A stretch of DNA of 64,000 nt from Squalus acanthias (GCA_030390025.1 CM059432.1:82462001-82526000); one strand, 5' to 3'; counted from the first letter of the stretch, positions 1-13,289 are shown. The notes: generated from the sequence alone by a model not told the origin. A program made the numbers and translations.

Positions 1-319
1 GACAATTCTGCTCTGACATGTTCAGGAAGGTGTGGTGGATTCTATAAAGCGTTGTGAGAGGTGCAGACAAAATGCCTCAAGTGTTGTTGCATCTTCATTT
101 ATTGGCTTCTCATGAACTCATCTTTATTATCTGCATCATGCAGCACTATTAACCCCCAAAGGAATTATCGTCCTCACCACGTAGTCTGGTGCTATTTAAA
201 TGGAAGCAGCAAACAAGAATTATGAATTAGTGGCAGTAAAAAAATGTAAAAATGGTGGATTAAAATAAACTAATGCATGGAGCAAAATGCAGCAACATTT
301 AACTGAAAGTGCAAAACAA

Positions 320-1330
320 CGAAATGGTACAATTTTAAAGGGGGTGCAGCAACAAAGAGAACTGGGGGTTCATACACACAAATCTTAGAGGGTGGCAGCA
401 CAAGCCGATAAGGCTGTTAAAAAAGCATATGGGATCCTGGGCTTTATAAATAGAGGCATGGGGGGGAATTTTAACCCACCCCCCCTCCACACGATAAGCA
501 GGAGAGCGTTGGAGGGTGGGTTAAATCGGCCAATATGTGAAACCCGACCCCAACATGCTGTGAACACGCCTGCTTCCATTTTAACCGCGACGTGTTTGAG
601 GTGTCCGAGTAACCCACTCTAGAGAGGCGGGTCAGTCATTATAATATCTTAATGAGGCTCCGTTCGTTATATTTTGGCAGCCATTTGAATTTAACGCTGG
701 CCAGCTGGGTACTGCAGGGCTTGGGAAACCCGGCATCTAAAGAGATCCGGGAGCAGCTGGATCCAGCAGCTAAGTGCTTTTCCAGCACTGCTTGTGGGCC
801 ACGAGGACCAGGAGTGCTCCTCCCGGCCCCTCAAGCAAATCTTCTGTCATGATCGAGCAACTCTCCCCCCTCCCCCAACCCTGCGATCTCTCCCGGTCCC
901 CCTTTCCTCCCGATTGCCAGTCCGACTCTGCCCCACCAATCTGTGATCTCTCCCGGTTGCCGGGGACTGTCCCCGGCTGTGGCCTTCTACCGCTGGCTTT
1001 CCCGCCCGGCAGCCAACCTGCCTGTCAATCTGGCCGGCTGCCAGGCAGGAAATGAAGTTAAAAAAAGATAATGATGTGGTCCTGCCGTTAAATTCAGCAG
1101 GACCTCCGCATTTCAGACGTTTCCAGGTTTCCCCCATAAACACTTGCCCGCTCCCTCCCAGCCTCCCGATAAATATCGTGGCCACAGAGTACAAAAGCAA
1201 GGAAGTTATGCTAAACCTTTATAAATCACTGGTTAGGCCTCAGCTGGAGTATTGTGTCCTATTCTGGGCACCACACTTTAGGAAAGATGTCAAGTCCTTG
1301 GAGAGGGTGCAGAGGAGATTTACTAGGATA
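320..1330 (+). mobile_element. CR1 LINE ORF2 3' fragment, interrupted by a MITE at 460-1182
   Basis: Translates to KAVKKAYGILGFINRG before the insertion and [35 protein letters not shown] after it, the typical CR1 ORF2 C-terminus. Boundaries approximate. Confidence 0.85.
460..1182. mobile_element. Harbinger-type MITE inserted in CR1
   Basis: CR1 sequence is split at AGAGGCAT|...|CACAGAGTAC (3-bp TSD CAT/CAC). Degenerate TIRs; internal similarity to 46523-47199. Confidence 0.7.
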
Positions 1331-3440
1331 AAGGGGAGCCAGTGGATGTAGTATATTTGGATTTCCAAAAGGCATTCGATAAGGTGCCACATAAAAGGTT
1401 GTTAAGCAAGATAAGGGCACATGGAGTTGGGGGTAATGTATTAGCATGGATAAAGGATTGGTTAATGGACAGAAAACAGAGAGTAGGGATAAATGGGTCA
1501 TTTTCAGATTGGCAGGCTGTAATTAGTGGAGTGCCGCAAGGATCAGTGCTGGGGCCTCAGCTGTTTACAATCTATATTAATTACTTAGATGAAGGGACCG
1601 AGTACAATACAATGTATCCAAGTTTGCTGACAATACAAAGCTAGATGGAAAAGTAAGATGTGAGGAGGACGCAAAGAGCCTGCAAAGGGATATAGACAGG
1701 TTAAGTGAGTGGGCAATAAGGTGGCAGATGTAGTATAATGTGGGGAAATGTGAGGTTATCACTTTGGTAGGAAGAATAGAAAAACAGAATATTTTTTAAA
1801 TGGTGAGAAACTATTAAATGTTGGTGTCCAGAGAGATTTAAGTGTCCTAGTACAAGAAACACACACAGTTAGCATGCAGGTACAGCAATCAATTAGGAAG
1901 GCAAATGGCATGTTGGCCTTTATTGCTAGAGGGTTGGAGTACAAGGGGGGGAAATTCGGTTGGTTTGCGCCCCCCGTTAGCGCCTTAAGAGGGCGTTAAT
2001 GGGGCGCAAAGCAACTAGCACCCGGGCGCGGCGATGTTTGCGCCGCTCGCTAAATTGATGACATTTTGCGGCAGCGCTAAACACTACCGCCATGATCTCC
2101 TGCACCCGCAGATCGTGACGTCAGTCAAGCGTGCAACGCCCCGGTAGCGCCCCGGACCGGATATTGAGTGGCGCTCCCTGCCTTACCGCCTGCCGCTAGC
2201 AACGACAGGATGAGGGGAGCGTTTTGCAGTTGGGAAGTGACTGGGGGAGCGCTATTTAAAGGTAACTGCTTCCTGCCTTTTTTGTCAGCGACATTTTTGC
2301 ACCACGCATTCTGAGTGAGAGAGACTTCTGGAGATATTCAACGCTGTGTTGAGGAGTTTTGGGTACTGAGCAGCATTTTGCAGGTTCATTTTGATTTGAT
2401 CTTCCTTGCATCGATTTAGAAGAGACTATGGGGGCTGCACTCTGAGCTCTTTCCCTGGGCCTCTCCATTGTTCTTTCCAGCACATTTGATGTACAGGTCT
2501 CTCCAGGCCGAGATTCAGGGCTGCAATGAGCAGGGTGTGGATGGAGAGCAAGATCGACCCTCCCCTTTAAGAACTGGCCGGCGCCAGTATGTCTGTGTTC
2601 CATTGCTGATTGACATCACATGAGCTTCGCCATCGCTCTGAGATAGCACTTCGCTCCTCGGCGTTAGCGCCTTAAGAGAGGTGTGTAGCGCCTGATTTAG
2701 CACTCCAATCACCTCCAGGGGCGATAGAAGCCAAGTTTGCAGTCAGAGGCGATAAGTAGTGCCAGGCGCTAAACTTTGCGCCCGGCCGATAATTGCGCCC
2801 CAAATGGGGCGATACCCAATTTCTCCCCCAAACAGTAAGGAAGTCTTACTATAATTGTACAGGGCTCTGGTGAGACCACACCTGGACTAATGTGCACGGT
2901 TTTTGTCTCCTTATTTAAGAAAGGATATACTTGCCTTAGAGGCGGTGCAATGAAGATTCACTAGATTAATTCCTGGGATGAGAGGGTTGTCCTATAAGGA
3001 GAGATTGAGTAGATTGGGCCTATACTCTCTGGAGCTTCGAAGAATGAGAGGTGATCTCATTGAAACATATAAGATTCTGAGGGGGATTGACAGGATAAAT
3101 GCTGAGAGATTGTTTCCCCTGGCTGGAGAGTCTAGAACTAGGAGCCATAGTCTCAGGATAAGGGGTTGGCCTTTTAAGACTGAGATGAGGAGTAATTTCT
3201 TCATTCAGAGGGTTGTGAATCTTTGGAATTCTCTGCCCCAAAGTGCTGTGGATGCTCAGTCGTTGAGTATATTCAAGGCTGAGATAGATAGATTTTTGGA
3301 CTCTAGAGGAATCAAGGGATTTGGAGATAGGGCAGGAAAGTGGAGTTGAGGTCGAAGATCAGCCATGATCTTATTGAATGCCGGAGCAGGTTCGAGGGGC
3401 CATATGGCCTACTCCTGCTCCTAATTCTTATGCTCTTATG
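1331..3440 (+). mobile_element. CR1 LINE RT/3' fragment (decayed), interrupted by the MITE at 1945-2829
   Basis: RT motifs [11 protein letters not shown] and [14 protein letters not shown]-terminus ...RGIKGFGDRAGKWS; 3' tail CCTACTCCTGCTCCTAATTCTTATG. Confidence 0.9.
1945..2829. mobile_element. Non-autonomous internal-deletion derivative (MITE) of the Harbinger family at 8008-12317
   Basis: 1945-~2440 aligns to 8008-~8505 and ~2441-2829 aligns to ~11927-12317. TIRs GGGGGGGAAATTCGG / CCAATTTCTCCCCC. Confidence 0.9.
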
Positions 3441-4044
3441 TTAATACCAGGGATGAGAGACTTCAGTTATGTGGAGCGATTAGAGAAGCTGGGACTGTTC
3501 TTCTTAGAGCAGAGAAGGTTAAGTGGAGATTTAATAAATGTGTTGTTTAATAGAGGAGCAGTAATTTGATGTGCTAATAGGGTGAGATGAAGTAAGGCTT
3601 CTGTTGTGCATAAACACCGCATAGACCAGTTGGGCTGAATGGCCTGTTTCTGTGCTGTAAATACTATGTAATGCTACATAATGTAATACTATGAGTTAAA
3701 AATTATGAGGAGTTTTGATAGTGTAAATAAGGAGAAACTGTATCCACTGGTAGGAGGGTTGGTAACCAGAGGACGCAGATTTAAGGTAATCGTCAACAGA
3801 ACCAGAGGGGAGATGAGACTTTACGCACCGAGTTGTTACGACCTTGAATGAATTGCCTTAAAAGTTCATGTAAGCAGATTCAATAGTAGCTTTCACAAGG
3901 AAATTGAATATATACTTTAAAATGAATAGAATTGCAGGGCTATGGGTAAAGAGCAGGGGAGTGGAGCTAATTGGATAGCTCTTTCAAAGAGACGGCCCTG
4001 GCATGATGGGCCAAATGGCCTCATTCTGTGCTGTAAGATACTAT
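3441..4044 (+). mobile_element. CR1 3' fragments (two nested or rearranged pieces)
   Basis: IPGMRDFSYVERLEKLGLF..EQRRL motif and two CR1-type 3' tails (CTGTGCTGTAA...CTAT). Confidence 0.75.
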
Positions 4045-4631
4045 GGGGGAAAAATTGGGTCGCGCCCCCTTTGGGACGCTAACTTCGCCGGGGCGTTACT
4101 TTTAGCGCCCCGAAAAAGTTAGCACCCCCGCGCCCGAAATTGGATGGTAGCGCCTCAAGAAGGAGGCGGGGCGCTACTGGAAGTGCTCCCCCTCCCTCTT
4201 GGGACGCTCCACCCCAGTATCGCGGCGCTACGTGCAGCATCGCCACGTGCGCCGGCATGTCGCGCTGAGTTACTGCAGGCCTTCCTCCCCTTATTGAAGG
4301 GGAGAGGCCTTGCGCAGCGCGAACCAGCGCCCTGCTGGGCCACCAGGGAGCGGGGTGCCAGCAAAAGAGTCCGGCACTCAAGAGACATGCCGGGCTGCTC
4401 AATCGCGGCCGGCACCCCGCAGGAGGAGGCCAGAAGGGGCAGGTACTGGCAGGAGGACAGCAAAAAAAATGGCCGCCCGGCACCTCCCCTTTAAATATCG
4501 CTGCCCCGGCTGCACGTACGCCCTCCTGACACTGTCAGACATAGCGTCCGACGGTACGTCAGGGGGCGCGACCCACGTTTGCAGCCGGGGCGCGACCGGG
4601 GCGCTGCGCAAGGCGATGATGTCATCGTCCC
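4045..4631. mobile_element. Truncated GC-rich Harbinger-type MITE
   Basis: Starts GGGGGAAAAATTGGG with subterminal TAGCGCC motifs like those of 8008-12317; right TIR not found. Confidence 0.55.
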
Positions 4632-5520
4632 AGCTTTTAATATCTCAGTTTCCCTGTTACAATTCATTCTTTTTGGTAAACCAGCCTTTTAAGATTTCAA
4701 GCCTCCACAAAGGTCCTTAGCAATGGTGGATACCAAACACACACAGCACAGATGGTGGATACCAAACACACACAGCACAGATGATAGGAGATGCTTGGAC
4801 TGCACTATGGGCACTGCAAGAGGCCGCACTTTCCTGGGCTAGAAAGCCAGGTTTCAGACTCCTGGCCACTATCTAGCAATTCCCACTGGGTAGCGCACAG
4901 GATCAGGCTTGGCTGTGATACTCCAATGGTTTGATAGCCTGCCAACACTCGGGTATTAAGATTGGCCACTTTGAAACCTGCCAGAGAGTGCCAACCAGTG
5001 GCCAGCCATAATCAATGCCTTTAGGAGAGGAGGGAAGCTCATTCCAACCCCCCTCCCGGGACTTTCCTGTGGGCCGAAATTGAGCTGCCTGGGGGCGTGC
5101 ATTAGGTATCCACAGCTCACCAGCCTACTTTAATTGAGGCCCGAGGCCCAATTTTAATCAGGCCGCAGGCCTACCTGTTCCAGCACAGGGATCTTTTCTT
5201 GCACCCAGTTCACAAGCAGGCCACTGCTAGGCAATTTCTACACCAATGTGTGAGGTGATGTACCTGTTCACCTAAAATAACTAGACTTGTGGGAGACGAT
5301 ATCTTGATTAATATCACAGGTGAAGAACAAAGAAGTAACTGAGCAGACTCGCAACATGAAGAACACCTGAATGTCAAGCAGCTATTTTATCAGAAATGCA
5401 TTTATTGTTCCTTATTTGATGATCTAAGCTAATCCTGATATACATGAAGGATAACCAATGAGGAATAAGATGCACAACCACAGCAGACCCTAGTTTATTG
5501 TGGTCCAAATTAGGGTTATA

Positions 5521-7960
5521 GGCCTAGAAATTGGATAAGAACCGAAAACAGCGCAGGCATCACGCAGTGCTTTGTGCCAGCACCCGTTAAAAGTGGTGCA
5601 GGGAGCACGCAAAATGCGTTCTGCCTGCTCATTATGATTGCAGCGCTGATCTTAGTGCTAAACGCGCTGCTGATTGGCTTAGTGCTGAACAGGGGGGCGA
5701 ATATCGGGTGCAGTCTACTGGCCAATAAATTTTGGCCTCGGCTCTCTGCACTACTTAAAGGGGAGGTGCTTAATGCACAGAGCCATGGCCCAACAGCCAA
5801 GGGAAACGGCAAGGAGATTTTCAGATGCGGCACTGGAGGCCTTGGTCCTGGGGGTACAAAGACACCGTGAGTTCCTCTACCCGCAGGTGGGCAGGAGGTC
5901 TTCAAGGCTGAATGCCAGAGGATCTCGGAGGAGATCGCTCTAGCCTCACACACTGCTCAATGCACCACACCCCCATCACTCACCTACCAACAATCTCCAG
6001 CAATCACCACTCATACCTCACAATCATAGCTTCACTTCACCCTTACCATTGCTGCAAGACTCACACCCACATCTCACACCTTGCACACACTGCCAGCTAT
6101 TCAACCGTGGCAGGCACATCACCCAAACACATTGCACCACAGTGACTGACAAACTTCCCTTTCTCTTGCACGCAAAGGAGGCACACAACCGCCGGGAGCA
6201 TCAACAATCGGGTGGTGGGGAAGCTAGACTTCAGAACCTCACGGAGCTGGAGAAAGCAGTTCTCAAAATAATTGGAGGGGCAGTCACAGAGTCCGTGGCG
6301 AGCAGGAAAGTTGAAAGTATTGCTGATGATGACGGTATGCTCATGCCTAATCCTTCTTCTTACATCCCACTTACCCATCATCTCACCATCTCTTCTCACT
6401 TACAAGCTGCTGATGGTGTATGCATGGATATCCTGCTTCTCCCTCCCCTCACCGCAACCCAACCCTTGTTTCTCCTTTCAGATACCCAAGAACTGCCAGC
6501 AGTCCAGCCTGTCCCTGAAGTGATGGAAGAGGACAGTGATAGAGAAGAAGACACAACGGCAAGGCATCTGACACTCGCAGACACCAGCTCACTTTAGAGG
6601 GTAGTATAGAGGCGGAATCTGCACATGGTGAGTCACCGGGCACGAGTGGGCTGCAACCAGGCCAGGGGAAAAGGGTAGCTTGCATGCCAGCTCCCCGGAG
6701 GGCGAGTTCGCACATGAGTTCTGCTGCACAGGACTTAGAAGATGACCTCGATGGGGTAGCCTTCAGAAGAAGAGTGATGGGCATGCACTCTGAAATGCTA
6801 GGTGCAATGGCAAGTCTGCCAGAGAGCCTCTTGTCAGTGTCAAGGAGCATGGAGGAGTCCAGTTCCAACATTGCACAGGACTCTGAGCGGAGTTTGGAGC
6901 CCGTGATTTCCAGGATGGAAATGATGGGCAACTCCATGGGAGTCCTTGAGGACCCAACCATGATGCTGCATGTGATGGGCGATGTCGCAGCATCCATTGC
7001 AGCACAGGCGGAAGCGACAGTGCTGCAGCGGAAGCTCACACTGTTGCCATCGTGGCTGGGTTTACGAGTGTGGAAAGGGGCTTGCAGGGTCTCACAGCAG
7101 TCCAGCAATCTGTCCCCCAACAGATGGCTAGGGATGCTGAGGTGCCACCCCGGGGGAGTGGCAGTGGGTCTGCGGAGCAAGAACCTGCTGTCCTCTCTCA
7201 GGATGACAGCATTCCTACTCCCACCACTGCCACTCCACCAGTGCCCTTGCTGCTATCTGTCATCCAGCCAGTCCAGACTGCTGCTGCCCATGCCGAGGTG
7301 GTGCAGTCTACAGCTGGGCCTTCTCAGCCCAGAGCTGCTCGAGGTCGTCCTCCAAGGCCATCTGCAGTCTCCCCCACTGAAAGTCAGCAGCCTTCCACCA
7401 GCCATGCTGCAGCCACTGGGGGAGCGCTTCGTAGGAGCACTAGAGTAGGAAAAGGTACACGAAAAACAGGCACTAAGGGAATGCACAAGGGTGATTAATT
7501 GATGTTGTTGTTTCCATTTGCATTTGATAAATTTATAAATTATGTTTGGAATGTTTGTTTTGTGGTGGCTCTCATTTCAGCTTTATGCCCAGGAAGACGC
7601 TGTGATGTTCTGTGACAGAGGGATGGTAAGATGGGGATGTGGTGAGCAATGGGGATCTAGGCTTTCATTCACTGGAACCGGAGTCTGATGAGGCACTCAC
7701 AGACAACCCATCAGGAACAGGGTTCTGCTACCTGCCTCCTCCCTACGTCCTCTTCCTCTTTCTCCTCCTGAGGTGGTCCCGGAACCCGTGGTGGCAAGGG
7801 CTGTGCGTTCATGATAACCAAGTTGTGGAGCATGCAGCAGACCACCACGAAATGGGACAACCACTCCAACATGAAATGAAGGCGCTGCAAAGTTCGATTT
7901 CAATGGCCCTTTAAATTGACTTCTGTGTGTCGCCTGATGGCTAGCTATGCTGGACACCTC
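5521..7960 (+). mobile_element. Decayed Harbinger transposon: Myb/SANT gene remnant (+) and transposase C-terminal remnant (-)
   Basis: ATG 5785 MAQQPRETARRFSDAALEALVLGV; exon 2 AKEAHNRREHQQSGGGEARLQNLTELEK; exon 3 runs to 7498 with frameshifts. Minus strand ~7700-7860 reads FVVVCCMLHNL...EEKEEED. Confidence 0.8.
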
Positions 7961-8492
7961 TTATAAACAATAAACAATCACTCAGTGTTGGGCAGGATAA
8001 ACTTTAAGGGGGAAAAATTCGGTTGATTAGCGCCTCCCGTTAGCGCCCTAAGAGAGCGCTAACGGGTCGCAAAGCAACTTGCGTCCGGGCGCGGCGATGT
8101 TTGCGCCGCTCGCGAAATTGACCAGAGTTTTTGCAGCGGCGCTAAACACTACCGCCACGATCTCCTGCGCCCGCAGAATGTGACGTCAGTCGAGCGTGCA
8201 ACATCCCGGTAGCACCCCGGATCGGATATTGAGTGGCGCCCCCTGCCTTTCCGCCTGCCGCTAGCAACGACAGGTAGAGGGGAACGTTTTGTAGTCGGGA
8301 AGGGGCTGGGGGAGCGCTATTTAAAAGCGGCCGCTTCCTGCCTTTTTTTGTCGGCGACATTTTTGCACCACGCATTCTGAAAGAGAGAGACTTCTGGAGA
8401 GATTCAACGCTGTGTGAAGGAGTTTTGGGTGCTGAGCAGCACTTTGCAGGTTCATTTTGATTTGACCTTCCTTGCATCGATTTAGAAGAGAC

Positions 8493-9651
8493 TTGGGGGC
8501 TGCACTGATTTGGGGCGTCGTCCTGCACCTGCAGAATCGGAGGCATCAGAGACGCAGAGAGAGAGAGTGGCAAACATGGCCAGAGGGAGGAGGGTCAACA
8601 GACCTCTGCACAGGAGACCTTACCCTCCCAGGGTATTCCAGGAGCATTTCTCCTACATTCATTTGTCTGAGGAGCAGTGTTTGCGCAGGCTGCGCTTCAG
8701 CAAGGAGGTGGTCACTGAGCTCTGCCACCTGCTGCAACCAGATCTGCAGCCTCAACTGAGGACCAGGGCGTCTCTGTCGGTGGCAGTGAAGGTGACAGTG
8801 GCTCTGAATTTTTATGCCAGCGGCTCCTTTCAAGCATCTACTGGGGACATCGCCAATATCTCCCAGTTCGCTGTCCATTGTTGTATCCGGGAGGTGACAA
8901 ATGCCCTGTATAAAAGGAGACGCCAGTACATCTCTTTTCCCATGACCCGGGCCAAACAGCATGAACGCGCATGTGGCTTTGCTAGGGTCGCGGGCTTTCC
9001 CATGGTGCAGGGCGCCATTGACTGCACGCATGTGGCATTGCGGGCACTGCATGAAAATGCAGAGGTATTCCGAAACCGCAAGGGCACCACTCCTTAAATG
9101 TGCAGTTGGTCTGTGACCACAGACGGCTCATACTCACCGTCAATGCCCGCTATCCTGGCAGCAGCCACAATGCTTTCATCCTGCGCCAGACTGGTGTGCC
9201 AGACCTTTTCCAGGCACCGCATGACCCAAGTGGATGGCTCCTCGGGGACAAGGGTTAGCCACTCTGCACCTGGCTGATGACACCGCTCCGTAACCCCAAC
9301 ACCCCTGCCGAGCTGCGGTATAATGAGAGCCATATCGCCACCAGGAACATCATTGAGCAGACGATCGGCGTGCTCAAGCAACGGTTCCGCTGTCTGGACC
9401 ACTCAGGAGGAGCCCTGCAGTACTCTCCTGAGCGAGTCTCCCTCTTCACAGTTGTGTGCTGCATGCTTCACAACCTGGCAATCCTCAGGACCCAGCCAAT
9501 GCCACCAGGGATTGGTGCACCACCTGAGGAGGAGGAGGAGGAGGAGGAGGATGAGGAGGATGATCAGCAGCAGCACCAACGTGGGAGGGAGGCGCACAAT
9601 GTTGAAACTGCAAGGGCCGTCCGTCAACGGCTGATAACAAGCCGCTTCTAG
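8493..9651 (+). pseudogene. Harbinger (HARBI1-like, DDE_Tnp_4) transposase pseudogene
   Basis: Motifs GAIDCTH, LLGDKG*, IIEQTIGVLKQRFRCL, VCCMLHN. Frameshift at ~9085 and TAG at 9256-9258. Confidence 0.9.
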
Positions 9652-9963
9652 GCCCCTACTCAGAAGATGGCTTCTGGTATGGAGAACAACATCATGGAAA
9701 GCAACCCCCACCCTCTATTGCCGGCCAAAGCTGTAATGATTCCAAAGGCCAAAAATGTACATTTTGAATACAACAACGTTTTTCTTTAACAAACTCTGTG
9801 TGTGTCATTTATTCAGGACAAACAATTAGAAACAAACACAACAAATCATGAATTAACAGAACTGGTTCTCACAAGATGGAGATAAACACCAAAACAGTAA
9901 ACAAATGTAATCACACGCACCTCAACCTTTACTACAAACATTCCCACCATTTATTTAGATCTC

Positions 9964-11954
9964 CTACTGTTTACCCTTCGAGGGTGATCTCCATCCCCTG
10001 CGCACTTCCCCCCTTCCCACCCTACTGCTCCTCCGTAATGGGGCCCCAGTGGCTGCGGCAAGGCTGGTGGAAGGCTGCTGAATGTCAGATGCAGAGACTA
10101 CAGATGCCCTTGAAGGACACCCTCGACCAGCTCTGGGCCTGGAGGGCCCGGCTGCAGACTGCACCAACTCTGCATGGGCGGCAGCAGTCTGGGTTGGCTG
10201 TGTTGCAGGCGGTGGCAAGTGCAATGGGGAAGTACCAGTGGTGGGAGCAGGAACGCTGTCGCACTGAGAGAGGACAGCACCTTCCTGCTCGACCGACACA
10301 CTGGTGATCCCACGGGGCAGTACCTCAGCATCCGGAGCAATCTGCTCGAGCACAGATTGCTGGCCTGCTGCGGCACTGAGAGCCCCGGGGCAATGTGGCT
10401 GACCCAGCGACGATTGCAGCAGTCAGTGCTTGTGTGACATCAATCTGAGACTGCATGAGAGCAGTCTGAGACTGGATGGCAGCAGCCAGTGACTGAATTG
10501 CAGCACTAAGCCGTTGCGTTGCGTCGGCCTGTGCTGCAGCGGAGTGCTCCACACTCCTTGCCAGTCCATCAATGCTTTCGGGCACCCTTGCCATTGCACC
10601 CACGAGCTCAGTGTTCATGCTCAAGGCCTGGCTATTCATTTCCGCGATGACACACTCCTCCTCTGTGTCCAGTGCAGCAGGGCTCGCTTGCCTACTCACC
10701 CTCCGGGGAGATGGCCCCCGAGCTTCCCTACCCCCATGGCGTTGCTGCAGCCCACCGGGTCCCGGAGCTTCGTCCTCATCAGATCCTTCCCCCCTGCTCT
10801 CCTCAAGGGAAGGCGTGGTCCCAGTGTGGGTATGGGCTCCCTCAGGAGACGCAGGCGGTGAGGCTCCGGCTTCCCCTTCCTCCTCGCCTGGGGCGTCGCT
10901 GCCACTGGTTGGTTGAGGGACGGGCTGGTCAGCTGGGGGTTCACTATCTGAAAGCAGGGAGGTACAAGAGTGGCTTTAGCGTCAGGACAGGGGGGCAGTA
11001 AGGGAGCAAGGACTGGAGACATTTAGTAAGTTGGATTGAAAGTGTAAAAGGCTGGTGTTGTGAGGGGCAAGTGGAATGAGAGAGGAGAGAAAGCTGATGA
11101 ACTTACCATTGCTGTCCCCAAGGGGGTCGACCTCTCCAGCGGCCACGGCACCTATCACCTGGCTGGCAACGATCCTGTGTACACGCGCCACCAAATCGCT
11201 GAGGGTCTGCAGCTCAGCCGGTCCTCCACCCGTGCGTTGCTGCTCCCGCCTGTTATGAGATAGCTTGGCCCGCAAGAAAAAGGACGGCGTCTGAGTGAAT
11301 GTGCAGCCATGTGCTTGCCTGATGTGCCTCCCATAGTTGAATAGCTCTTAATGTATGCAGGCATGTGCTTGCCTGATGTGCCTCCCATAGTTGAATAGCT
11401 CTTAATGTATGCAGGCATGTGCTTGCCTGATGTGCCTCCCATAGTTGAATAGCTCTTAATGTATGCAGGCATGTGCTTGCCTGATGTGCCTCCCATAGTT
11501 GAATAGCCCTTAATGTATGCAGGCATGTGCTTGCCTGATGTGCCTCCCATAGTTGAATAGCTCTTAATGTATGCAAGGTGTCGAATGTGCGTGTGTGTTT
11601 TATGAGATGGCCGTAGGTCTTGGATGAGTGTTGGGCATTTGGGGTTGTTAAACCCTCTGGGCACAGAGTGAGGTTGAGATGGAGGGATGTAGAGGTATTG
11701 AAAAGCAGTCACTCACCCTGACCACCCGAGTGAGGTCGTTGAACTTCTTCCCGACATTGGGAGTGGGTCCTGGGCACCATGTTCCTGGAGGAGACGTGCT
11801 GAGCCACCTCCCTCCACACTCTTCTGTATTCGCGTGGCAATGGCCTCCTGCCACTCTGTGGTTAGAGTACTGCCCTTCACCGCTCCACTGCGCCAACCAG
11901 AGCCACCAAGGCCCAGTCGCTGAAGTGCTGAGCTCTTTCCCTGGGCCTCTCCAT
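9964..11954 (-). pseudogene. Harbinger Myb/SANT-like DNA-binding protein gene, 3 exons, disrupted
   Basis: Exon 1 11954-11717 (MERPRERAQHFSDWALVALVGAV...KKFNDLTRVVR|gtgagt), exon 2 ~11270-11107 (|gtaagt), exon 3 from 10947 (tttcag|). Contains stops and frameshifts. Confidence 0.8.
11309..11575. repeat. 54-bp tandem repeat x5 in intron 1 of the Myb/SANT gene
   Basis: Unit ATGTGCTTGCCTGATGTGCCTCCCATAGTTGAATAGCTCTTAATGTATGCAGGC, near-identical copies. Confidence 0.95.
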
Positions 11955-13134
11955 TGTTGTTTCCAGCAGAATTGATGTACAGGTCTCTCCAGGCCGAGAT
12001 TCAAGGCTGCAATGAGCAGGGTGTGATTGGAGAGCAAGATCGACCCTCCCCTTTACAGAACTGGCCAGCACCAGTGTGTCTGTGTTCCATTGCTAACTGA
12101 CATCACATGAGCTTTGCCAGCGCTCTGAGGTAGCGCCTCGCTCCCCGGCGTTAGCGCCTTAAGAGAGGTGTGTAGCACCTGATTTAGCGTTCAAATCACC
12201 TCCAGGGGCGATAGAGGCCAAGTTTGCAGTCGGAGGCGATAATTAGCGCCAGGTGCTAAACTTTGCGCCCGGCCGATAATTGCGCCCCAAAAGGGGGCGA
12301 TACCGAATTTCTCCCCCTAAGAAATTTGCACTGAATTTTAAGATGCCCTCCTGTACTTGAGTGGTTGCTTCCTGCAGCTATTCTCACATCCAACGGAAAA
12401 GGGTCATCACTGTTGCCATGTGGAGATGCACCATTATGCATCCCTACCTCATTCTGCCTCGAAACCACCCAAAAACAATCCAGCCCTATATTAGCAACGT
12501 CACTTCGAGTGTTGACTCAGCAAACTATCTCTTTTCTACTTCTGTGGATGCTTGCAGCTTTGGGACGGAAGGTGGGGGTATATTTTGAATTCAGCAATGT
12601 TAAATTATCCTTAATCTTTTGAATACATTCATTTTTAAAATACTAAGTTAATGGAGTTAAGATACAGATCAACCATGATCTAATCGAATGGCGAATAAGC
12701 TCAAGGTGCAGAATGGCCTTCTCCTGTTCCTATGTTCCTAATTCGGTATTCTCACCAGTTCTTTTCTTTATTAGTTTATATTCCCACTCTCCGTGTTAGC
12801 AGATATTTTCCCACCAGCAGCATTTGGTCTCTCAGTGGCTGGCACCATGTCCTGATGCCCTTGAGCTTTGACTGTAAATGAATTTCTTCTCCCAGAAGCT
12901 GTAACACAATGAGTAATGTTCTTGGAATCATCCTGTATCACCAGGCACAGGAAAGAATGAGACCACAGGGGTAACCTCACCTTCTTGCAGCTGAGCTCTG
13001 CAGAAACAGATATTTGAACTTTCTGCATTTATCTCAAAATACTGCTCCAAATTTGTGAAAGATTCCATCAATCAATTCTATATAAAATAAAAAATGTTTT
13101 AACTTTAAACGGAAGCTAATGCTGCGAATTCCTT

Positions 13135-13289
13135 GGGGATAGAACTGAACTTTCACCGCCGGGCGGGAAACTAGCGGGAGCGGTTTGGCCGCTGAAGTCA
13201 ATGGAAAGGAAAATCCTGCAGGGTGTACAACGGGTGGCCGATCCACAATGCCGAGAGTACTACCTGTGGTGAAAGTTAAATCTACCCCC
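13135..13289. mobile_element. Short palindromic MITE
   Basis: Ends GGGGATAGAACTGAACTTTCACC / GGTGAAAGTTAAATCTACCCC; central GAAGTCAATGGAAAGGAAAAT shared with the split MITE at 34803-37467. Confidence 0.65.

Larger units (their letters stand above)
8008..12317. mobile_element. Full-length PIF/Harbinger DNA transposon (4310 bp), coding regions decayed
   Basis: TIRs GGGGGAAAAATTCGG / CCGAATTTCTCCCCC (14/15 match), perfect TAA TSD (8005-8007, 12318-12320), convergent transposase and Myb/SANT genes. Confidence 0.93.

Noticed and set aside
4723..4783. Short direct duplication of ~29 bp (similar ones at 56884-56946 and 61790-61870)
   Set aside because: Ordinary local slippage with no further structure.
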